Below are positions 1 to 8,084 of a stretch of DNA of 64,000 nt, one piece after another. The notes under the pieces were generated by a model that made no database searches, had not been told where the DNA came from, and worked only from the letters and a program-made list of their open reading frames with translations. Position numbers and translations under genes: made by a program. This stretch comes from Auanema rhodensis (Eukaryota; Animalia; Nematoda): contig OZ059897.1 in assembly GCA_964057225.1 (NCBI GenBank), positions 21,824,001 to 21,888,000 of the forward strand, written 5' to 3'. Position 1 is the first letter of the stretch; every line of letters begins with the position of its first letter.

Positions 1-3000
1 GTATGTAATTCGCTTCACGTGAAAGATAAAGAGATGCGGTTTTTAAAATTAGATTCCCCATGTCCATATTAGTCTAAAAACAAATTTTTATTGATATTGG
101 TTCATGGTAACCATGACTTTGAAATTTACGTGAACTTAAATTTATGCTAATTAAATGTACACGTGATGTGCACTTGGTATGTAACTTGCTTCACGTGAAA
201 GATAAAGAGATGCGGCTTTCAAAATTAGATTCCCCATGTCCATATTAGTCTAAAAACAAATTTTTATTGATATTGGTGCATGGTAACCATGACTTTGAAA
301 TTTACGTGAACTTTAATTTATGCTAATTAAATGTACACGTGATGTGCACTTGGCATGTAACTCGCTTCACGTGAAAGATAAAGAGATGCGGTTTTCAAAA
401 TTAGATTCCCCATGTCCATATTAGTCTAAAAACAAATTTTTATTGATATTGGTGCATGGTAACCATGACTTTGAAACTTACGTGAACTTTAATTTATGCT
501 AATTAAATGTACACGTGATGTGCACTTGGTATGTAACTCGCTTCACGTGAAAGATAAAGAGATGCGGTTTTCAAAATTAGATTCCCCATGTCCATATTAG
601 TCTAAAAACAAATTTTTATTGATATTGGTGCATGGTAACCATGACTTTGATATTTACGTGAACTTTAATTTATGCTAATTAAATGTACACGTGATGTGCA
701 CTTGGTATGTAACTCGCTTCACGTGAAAGATAAAGAGATGCGGTTTTCAAAATTAGATTCCCCATGTCCATATTAGTCTAAAAACAAATTTTTATTGATA
801 TTGGTTCATGGTAACCATGACTTTGAAATTTACGTGAACTTCAATTTATGCTAATTAAATGTACACGTGATGTGCACTTGGTATGTAACTCGCTTCACGT
901 GAAAGATAAAGAGATGCGGTTTTCAAAATTAGATTCCCCATGTCCATATTAGTCTAAAAACAAATTTTTATTGATATTGGTGCATGTTAACCATGACTTT
1001 GAAATTTACGTGAACTTTAATTTATGCTAATTAAATGTACACGTGATGTGCACTTGGTATGTAATTCGCTTCACGTGAAAGATAAAGAGATGCGGTTTTT
1101 AAAATTAGATTCCCCATGTCCATATTAGTCTAAAAACAAATTTTTATTGATATTGGTTCATGGTAACCATGACTTTGAAATTTACGTGAACTTAAATTTA
1201 TGCTAATTAAATGTACACGTGATGTGCACTTGGTATGTAACTTGCTTCACGTGAAAGATAAAGAGATGCGGCTTTCAAAATTAGATTCCCCATGTCCATA
1301 TTAGTCTAAAAACAAATTTTTATTGATATTGGTGCATGGTAACCATGACTTTGAAATTTACGTGAACTTTAATTTATGCTAATTAAATGTACACGTGATG
1401 TGCACTTGGTATGTAACTCGCTTCACGTGAAAGATAAAGAGATGCGGTTTTCAAAATTAGATTCCCCATGTCCATATTAGTCTAAAAACAAATTTTTATT
1501 GATATTGGTGCATGGTAACCATGACTTTGAAATTTACGTGAACTTTAATTTATGCTAATTAAATGTACACGTGATGTGCACTTGGTATGTAACTCGCTTC
1601 ACGTGAAAGATAAAGAGATGCGGTTTTCATAATTAGATTCCCCATGTCCATATTAGTCTAAAAACAAATTTTTATTGATATTGGTTCATAGTAACCATGA
1701 CTTTGAAATTTACGCGAACTTTAATTTATGCTAATTAAATGTACACGTGATGTGCACTTGGTATGTAACTCGCTTCACGTGAAAGATAAAGAGATGCGGT
1801 TTTCAAAATTAGATTCCCCATGTCCATATTAGTATAAAAACAAATTTTTATTGATATTGGTGCATGGTAACCATGACTTTGAAATTTACGTGAACTTTAA
1901 TTTATGCTAATTAAATGTACACGTGATGTGCACTTGGTATGTAAATCGCTTCACGTGAAAGATAAAGAGATGCGGTTTTCATAATTAGATTCCCCATGTC
2001 CATATTAGTCTAAAAACAAATTTTTATTGATATTGGTTCATGGTAACCATGACTTTGAAATTTACGTGAACTTTAATTTATGCTAATTAAATGTACACGT
2101 GATGTGCACTTGGTATGTAACTCGCTTCACGTGAAAGATAAAGAGATGCGGTTTTCAAAATTAGATTCCCCATGTCCATATTAGTATAAAAACAAATTTT
2201 TATTGATATTGGTGCATGGTAACCATGACTTTGAAATTTACGTGAACTTTAATTTATGCTAATTAAATGTACACGTGATGTGCACTTGGTATGTAACTCG
2301 CTTCACGTGAAAGATAAAGAGATGCGGTTTTCAAAATTAGATTCTTCATGTCCATATTAGTCTAAAAACAAATTTTTATTGATATTGGTGCATGGTAACC
2401 ATGACTTTGAAATTTACGTGAACTTTAATTTATGCTAATTAAATGTACACGTGATGTGCACTTGGTAGGTAACTCGCTTCACGTGAAAGATAAAGAGATT
2501 CGGTTTTCAAAATTAGATTCCCCATGTCCATATTAGTCTAAAAACAAATTTTTATTGATATTGGTGCATGGTAACCATGACTTTGAAATTTACGTGAACT
2601 TTAATTTATGCTAATTAAATGTACACGTGATGTGCACTTGGTATGTAATTCGCTTCACGTGAAAGATAAAGAGATGCGGTTTTTAAAATTAGATTCCCCA
2701 TGTCCATATTAGTCTAAAAACAAATTTTTATTGATATTGGTTCATGGTAACCATGACTTTGAAATTTACGTGAACTTAAATTTATGCTAATTAAATGTAC
2801 ACGTGATGTGCACTTGGTATGTAACTCGCTTCACGTGAAAGATAAAGAGATGCGGTTTTCATAATTAGATTCCCCATGTCCATTTTAGTCTAAAAACAAA
2901 TTTTTATTGATATTGGTTCATGGTAACCATGACTTTGAAATTTACGTGAACTTTAATTTATGCTAATTAAATGTACACGTGATGTGCACTTGGTATGTAA

Positions 3001-3508
3001 CTCGCTTCACGTGAAAGATAAAGAGATGCGGTTTTCATAATTAGATTCCCCTTGTCCATATTAGTCTAAAAACAAATTTTTATTGATATTGGTTCATGGT
3101 AACCATGACTTTGAAATTTACGTGAACTTTAATTTATGCTAATTAAATGTACACGTGATGTGCACTTGGTATGTAACTCGCTTCACGTGAAAGATAAAGA
3201 GATGCGGTTTTCAAAATTAGATTCCCCATGTCCATATTAGTCTAAAAACAAATTTTTATTGATATTGGTGCATGGTAACCATGACTTTGAAATTTACGTG
3301 AACTTTAATTTATGCTAATTAAATGTACACGTGATGTGCACTTGGTATGTAACTCGCTTCACGTGAAAGATAAAGAGATGCGGTTTTCAAAATTAGATTC
3401 TTCATGTCCATATTAGTCTAAAAACAAATTTTTATTGATATCGGTGCATGGTAACCATGACTTTGAAATTTACGTGAACTTTAATTTATGCTAATTAAAT
3501 GTACACGT
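1..3508. repeat. 176-bp tandem satellite array, block 1 (~20 monomers)
   Basis: GTATGTAA.. recurs at 1, 177, ... and 2641 (=1+15x176). Consensus GTATGTAACTCGCTTCACGTGAAAGATAAAGAGATGCGGTTTTCAAAATTAGATTCCCCATGTCCATATTAGTCTAAAAACAAATTTTTATTGATATTGGT(G/T)CATGGTAACCATGACTTTGAAATTTACGTGAACTTTAATTTATGCTAATTAAATGTACACGTGATGTGCACTTG. Confidence 0.99.
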
Positions 3509-3522
3509 TTATGTACACGTTT
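3499..3522 (-). repeat. 12-bp tandem duplication at the LINE 3' junction, (AAACGTGTACAT)x2 on the minus strand
   Basis: The plus strand reads ATGTACACGTTT at 3499-3510 and again at 3511-3522. Ten of the 12 bases are satellite target sequence. An AATAAA overlaps it on the minus strand (plus TTTATT 3520-3525). Confidence 0.9.
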
Positions 3523-3712
3523 ATTGGTTTAATGTTCAATATTACAGGTTTAACGAAATGAGTAAATAGTTGTGTAGTAGGATGTATAAGAACCTTACAA
3601 TAGGAACAGGAAAAATAGGAAACATTATAAAACATAGTTAGGGAGAGAATGATCTGAGAATGAGTTGCAGTGAGCAGTTTCTTTCAAATTTTTCCAGTGA
3701 GAACAGGGGGTT

Positions 3713-3856
3713 TTGTTCAGCGAATTGCTGACCTCCGGTTGGTAGTTGTTGGGTACGGAGGTACTCATGATTCGAGCCGAGCCCGTTCTAACAATAGGAG
3801 GTAACTTGCATTCAATCCGTATGACTCATGTCTATAAGATTTGAAGCGAAGTAACA
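3713..3856 (-). ncRNA. Conserved structured cis-RNA element (predicted four-way junction) in the family A 3' UTR
   Basis: Aligns with 49322-49466 although the flanking UTR has diverged. Stems in plus coordinates: 3714-3717/3853-3856, 3718-3721/3727-3730, 3731-3736/3797-3802 and 3804-/-3852, with compensatory changes between families. Folded by hand. Confidence 0.7.
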
Positions 3857-3998
3857 AGAAGTGTAGAAGGGTTGGAAAAAAGAAATGAAACTGTCGCACT
3901 TAGTCATAATCAGAAAAACATTTAAAGAGAAAAAAACAAAAACGCGAAGAGTAATATGAAAAAAAAACAAAACAAAGAGATTATAACCAAGAATGAAC

Positions 3999-6557
3999 TT
4001 AACTACATAAAAATGTGGAAGGATCATGTTGTGAGCCTCGTAGGGCATTGTAGAGGTGTTTCTTGAAGCTTCCGATTTTTGTTTGTTGAATTAGGTTCTC
4101 AGGTAAGGAATTCCATGCCTTTATAGCTCTGTATTCGATGCCGTTTCTTGAAGTGTTTTTCCGAAGATTCGGAAAAACAACATTCCATTGGTGTCTACGT
4201 AGAGAGTGAGAAAAAAGTTTAATTTCAAAAATTCTAAATTCTGCCTCAGCTTTAATATGGTTAAAATAAAATAAAAGATCGGTTACCAGCCTTCTGGTTG
4301 ATAGATCATCGGCTTGAAGAGCGGTAAGCTGATCGGCGTAGCTAGAAAAAATTCCTGCCCTACAAAAAACTGCACGCAAAAACTTTTTCTGTACGTTTTC
4401 TATACGAGCTTTGTTTTTGTTATCCTGTGGTGACCATACGACTGATGCGTACTCAAGAATAGGACGAACATAGCAACAAAAAAGTCTAAACATTAAGACC
4501 GGGGATCTAGAATGAAAACAACGTAGGATAATGCGGCATTTTTGAGCTGCCAAGTTGCTAACATAGTTGATGTGACTACCAAATGATAAGTTTTGGTCTG
4601 TTAAAACTCCGAGGTCTTTATAGCTTGATGCTAGAGACAAAGGGAACTCACCGAAAGAAAACGTTTTTTCAATTTTTTGAGATGAGCTATCATCAGAAAA
4701 CACCATTATTTTAGTTTTGCTTGTGTTGACTCTCATTCCGTTGTTGTTACACCAATCATTAAGAGAATTGAGTGCATTTTGAAGACTTACCCGGTTAGTG
4801 CTGTACAGCTTGAGATCGTCAGCAAATAAAGTGGAATGAACGTCATCAGGGAGAAAAGATGTGATGTCGTTGATGTAAAAAAGAAAAAGAAGAGGGCCTA
4901 AAACAGTACCTTGGGGAACGCCACACAATAAATTGGTAGAGTTGGAGAGAGAATTATTGACCAAAACTGAGTAAGATCTGTTTGTGATGAAATTTTTGAG
5001 AAATGATAGAAGAGAGCCACGCACACCAATGGAGTGAAGTTTGTGGATGAGTATAGAGTGATTGATGAGGTCAAATGCTTTTGAGAAATCTATGAATGCA
5101 ACAAAAACTGGTAAGTTTTTGTCGATAGATGATCTCCAAGCAATATGACTGTTGATAATGGCTGAAACCGTATTACGCTTAGGAAGAAAAGCGTGTTGGT
5201 TAGAAGATATTGAACCGGTTGAAATGCCAAAGTTGAGTAGGGGAGAGCTTATAAGACGCTCAAAAACCTTGGAGAGACTAGGAGTAAGAGATATAGGACG
5301 ATAATTGGAAGGAGTAGAACGATTGCCGGATTTGAAGATTGGTCGAATCCAAGCTTTTTTCCAAGCAGGAGGACAGGATGAGGAAACGAGAAGATTGTGA
5401 AAAATGAAAGCCAGTGGGAGAGTGAGAGAGAAAGCGCATTGTTTGAGAAAGTAGTAAGGAATTCCGTCCGGAGAAGTTGAAACTCTAAGAGGAAGACGAG
5501 AAAGAACCTTGTAGACTTTGTCCGGAGAAATATCTATGAAGTCTATGGTAGAAGAAAAAGCAGGGGAAGGATTTATTTTTTTGAAAGAAGATCCTGGTTT
5601 GACAAAAAAAGTATCTGCGAAAACAGATGCTTTATCGCTGTCGGATGAGTACGTGTTGTTTTCACATTTAATGGTGGGGATATCTGAAGTGCATGCTCCA
5701 AGACGAGCTCTGCAAAATTGATAGAAAATTCTAGGGTTGTTGAGAGCTGCGGTTTTCTCTTCTTCAGAAGCAGATTTAAGTTTCAGAAGTCTATCAAGCT
5801 TGATAGTCAGTTTTTTGCGATGAAGTTCGTCTCGAGGGCAGATAGATGAACTAAGTCTGCTGATAAAACTAGAAAGACTAGCAATTTCTTTATCGATTTT
5901 GTTCTTTCGTTTTGGCTGCTTATAGGGAACAAACCTGTTAATGACAGAGTGAATAATTTCGATAAATTTTGTGTAGGAGTCCAGAGGAGTAAGAACGGAA
6001 AGTTCCGTAGCAAAGTCGATGCTGGCAAGGTGGTGGTTAATTATGTTGTAATCCGCCCGAAGAAAATTGAGTTGAGCAAAGTTTGGTAAAGAAGAATTGA
6101 TAGGTGAAACAACGGGAGGAAGAGACAAATCCGATCTGACAGAGTTGCTGAGTATAGAAAAAATGACAGAGTAGTGGTCGGAGTTACCTAAAGGGGAGGA
6201 ACGGACTATGTTACTGACCATAGTAGAATTATTTGTGATGATGTAGTCGAGAATATATTTTCCCCGGGTAGGAAAATTTACCAGCTGATCCGAACAGCTA
6301 TCTTTCAAAAATTGAAAAATAGATCCACTGGAGGGGGACGGGCGGGAAGATTCAGAAAGATCCCAGTTGATGTAGGGAAAATTTAAATCACCTGTGATGA
6401 GAAATGAACGGTTTTTTATATGGCCAGTAAGATCTGAAAGATAATGAGAAAAATCGGAATGAAGAGAAGAGGGAGAGCGGTAACAAACCGAAAATCTGTG
6501 TTGATAGAAGAGATGAGTATGTTGATGAATTGGACGGAAGAAGATTGAGAAGAACAA
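3999..6557 (-). CDS. LINE ORF2 main frame: C-terminal half of the APE endonuclease plus reverse transcriptase (CR1-like); true coding begins near 6490
   Basis: APE motifs CYRSP, ITGDLNFP, QLVNFPTRG..ILDYI and SDH. RT motifs NYRPISL..SLSKVFER, QHAF, FIDFSKAFD, GVPQGTVLGPLLFLFYIND, LFADDLK and KDLGV. CR1/L2-type C-terminus YVRPILEYASVVWSP..IENVQKKF..WNSLP. Confidence 0.95.
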   Translation of the reverse strand: MFFSIFFRPIHQHTHLFYQHRFSVCYRSPSSLHSDFSHYLSDLTGHIKNRSFLITGDLNFPYINWDLSESSRPSPSSGSIFQFLKDSCSDQLVNFPTRGKYILDYIITNNSTMVSNIVRSSPLGNSDHYSVIFSILSNSVRSDLSLPPVVSPINSSLPNFAQLNFLRADYNIINHHLASIDFATELSVLTPLDSYTKFIEIIHSVINRFVPYKQPKRKNKIDKEIASLSSFISRLSSSICPRDELHRKKLTIKLDRLLKLKSASEEEKTAALNNPRIFYQFCRARLGACTSDIPTIKCENNTYSSDSDKASVFADTFFVKPGSSFKKINPSPAFSSTIDFIDISPDKVYKVLSRLPLRVSTSPDGIPYYFLKQCAFSLTLPLAFIFHNLLVSSSCPPAWKKAWIRPIFKSGNRSTPSNYRPISLTPSLSKVFERLISSPLLNFGISTGSISSNQHAFLPKRNTVSAIINSHIAWRSSIDKNLPVFVAFIDFSKAFDLINHSILIHKLHSIGVRGSLLSFLKNFITNRSYSVLVNNSLSNSTNLLCGVPQGTVLGPLLFLFYINDITSFLPDDVHSTLFADDLKLYSTNRVSLQNALNSLNDWCNNNGMRVNTSKTKIMVFSDDSSSQKIEKTFSFGEFPLSLASSYKDLGVLTDQNLSFGSHINYVSNLAAQKCRIILRCFHSRSPVLMFRLFCCYVRPILEYASVVWSPQDNKNKARIENVQKKFLRAVFCRAGIFSSYADQLTALQADDLSTRRLVTDLLFYFNHIKAEAEFRIFEIKLFSHSLRRHQWNVVFPNLRKNTSRNGIEYRAIKAWNSLPENLIQQTKIGSFKKHLYNALRGSQHDPSTFLCS

Positions 6558-6886
6558 GAAAGTAAGGTAGAGTTAATAGATTTTTTGATGAAGATAAGAG
6601 TGCCGCCGCCACGGGCTGTACACTTGTCGGCTCTGAAAAGATTGTAATAGTTACCGAGCGGAATATGATTAGAGTTGAAATTGGGAAAAAGCCAGGATTC
6701 TGATATAGCAATGATATCAGGAGATGAAATACTATGGATAGTAGTAAGAAAATGAAATTTGTTGAGAATAGAGCGTGCATTATAACAATGAACAGAAAAA
6801 TTAACAGGGACACAGGAACTGGACGTAGTTGACGGTTGTGAAGCCTTAACGAAATAACCTGTTCGTATCAGACTCAGGTTGAGATG
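6482..6886 (-). pseudogene. N-terminal half of the APE endonuclease of ORF2, in a different frame (not in the ORF track)
   Basis: Manual translation of the frame open from 6886: ..VHCYNARSILNKFHFL..SPDIIAISESWLFPNF..GNYYNLFRADKCTARGGGTLIFIKKS..TDFRFV. These are the standard first APE motifs (N-x-R-S, D-I-I-x-x-x-E-x-W-L, R-x-D..R-G-G-G). This frame must shift near 6481-6495 to join VCYRSP in the main frame. Confidence 0.88.
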
Positions 6887-7901
6887 TTATATTAGAACCG
6901 CTTTTAGATCTGGTATGGTACTCGGAATTGGTTTTAGTACAGCGTGGGGGATTTTTCCTCTTTCTGGGGCTGATTGAAAATCTCTCAACCGTAGAAAGAG
7001 GTTTGGATCTACCTGCTGAACGGCTATTCCTACCAGATTTAGAAGGCGGACTGGATATTACAACAGTGTCGGACACAGACGGACAAGGAACGATAGGGTC
7101 ATTTTGGACCACAGGACAGAGACTGGAGACATTTTGAGAAGCATTAATGTTTGAGAGAACATGAATAGAGGGTGAAGTTGATTTACGAAGAACCTTGATA
7201 AGTTTAAGGTCGCGTACAAGGTAAATTGATTCATTATTGTCCAGATTTTTATTTTTAGCTTCCTCACGTAGTTTTTTTTCTATTTCTACCTCGAAAGGAA
7301 GATAGTCGCGGCGAATAAAAGTTTTTGACAAACAAGCAAAGCATTTCGCTTTGTTGGACTTAATGATATCAATAATTTTGTCACGTAAATCAACTGTTGA
7401 ACATGAAATTACAAGAGGACCAAGAGATTTAGATTTTAGAGTTGAACGGGTTATAGTAATTTGGTTGCTGTTAATGAGAGAAGTCAAAGTAGAGTCGTTA
7501 GATTTTTCAACGACAAGTTTTAGGAGAGAAGTGGGGTCCGAGGGTAGTTCGGATGAGTCGTGGGGAACACGAAACCACACCGCTCTATTCAAACGATAGG
7601 AAAACTTTGACTCCTCAGATCTAACTTTTTGAACCTGACACAGAACAGTAGAAGAGGATGATTGAGAGGTAGAAGTAACAATAGATTTTGATACATTAAG
7701 AAATTTCTTTTCTAAACCCTCAATACGTAACTTGAAATCGTCTTCGAGATTTTTAATACGCATTTCATTAACCGCAACATTGGTTTTAATGTTGTTCAGC
7801 TCGTTTTTAATTTCAGCAGAAAGTTGTGAAAAAGAATCACGAAGAGATTTGGAAAGAACATCAAGTGTTTCAGTAAAAAAATCTTTTGTTACAACTGACA
7901 T
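6846..7901 (-). CDS. LINE ORF1 protein (351 aa; coiled coil, RRM/CTD-like region, basic Ser-rich tail)
   Basis: Likely start ATG at 7901 (MSVVTKDFF). Heptad-rich N-terminus (LSKSLRDSFSQLSAEIKNELNNIKTNV..MRIKNLEDDFKLRIEGLEKK), then motifs typical of L1/CR1-type ORF1 (GPLVI..LRDKII, FIRRDY..E..LREEA..YLVRDLKL). Lies directly upstream of APE-RT. Confidence 0.85.
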   Translation of the reverse strand: MSVVTKDFFTETLDVLSKSLRDSFSQLSAEIKNELNNIKTNVAVNEMRIKNLEDDFKLRIEGLEKKFLNVSKSIVTSTSQSSSSTVLCQVQKVRSEESKFSYRLNRAVWFRVPHDSSELPSDPTSLLKLVVEKSNDSTLTSLINSNQITITRSTLKSKSLGPLVISCSTVDLRDKIIDIIKSNKAKCFACLSKTFIRRDYLPFEVEIEKKLREEAKNKNLDNNESIYLVRDLKLIKVLRKSTSPSIHVLSNINASQNVSSLCPVVQNDPIVPCPSVSDTVVISSPPSKSGRNSRSAGRSKPLSTVERFSISPRKRKNPPRCTKTNSEYHTRSKSGSNITSQPESDTNRLFR

Positions 7902-8084
7902 GATAATATTGAAAAAAAAAGTGAATGAAAATAGGAAAAATAGAGAGATAAAAACAAGTGAAAATGGAGAAAAGATAGGTGATACAAATGAGAAAGATAA
8001 GTAAAAAAGTGAGTAATGGACAAGAAAAAATAAATGAAAAAAAATTAGAATAAATGTATAAAAACAGGAAAAAGTAGCGTAAAG
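7902..8084 (-). other. Pyrimidine-rich 5' UTR of the family A element
   Basis: 183 nt between the satellite junction and the ORF1 ATG. Strongly T/C-rich on the sense strand. Confidence 0.65.

Larger units (their letters stand above)
3509..8084 (-). mobile_element. Near full-length non-LTR retrotransposon (LINE), APE-endonuclease, CR1-like; family A
   Basis: Unique 4576-bp segment interrupting one monomer. On the minus strand: pyrimidine-rich 5' UTR, ORF1, APE-RT ORF2 and a 490-nt 3' UTR. Flanked by CACGT (3504-3508 and 8085-8089), an apparent 5-bp target-site duplication. No LTRs or TIRs. Confidence 0.96.

Noticed and set aside
3713-3856. Assignment of the 3' UTR structure to a hammerhead, HDV, twister or hairpin ribozyme, tRNA, U1 or group II intron domain V
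   Set aside because: The required catalytic or consensus motifs (for example CUGANGA/GAAA, the HDV nested pseudoknot, hairpin loop B) were not found conserved in both families by eye. Left unassigned.
3812-4048. 78-aa ORF in the family A 3' UTR, and the 63-aa ORFs at 49080-49271 and 52851-53042
   Set aside because: Low-complexity translations of UTR, not conserved between the two families.
6388-6813. 141-aa hydrophobic ORF
   Set aside because: Alternative frame over the APE N-terminus. The recognisable motifs are in another frame, and the hydrophobicity reflects T-rich composition.
5518-8004. Short antisense or alternative-frame ORFs (5518-5721, 5807-6028, 6928-7137, 7058-7267, 7351-7599, 7732-8004)
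   Set aside because: Shadows of ORF1 and ORF2 with no recognisable motifs.
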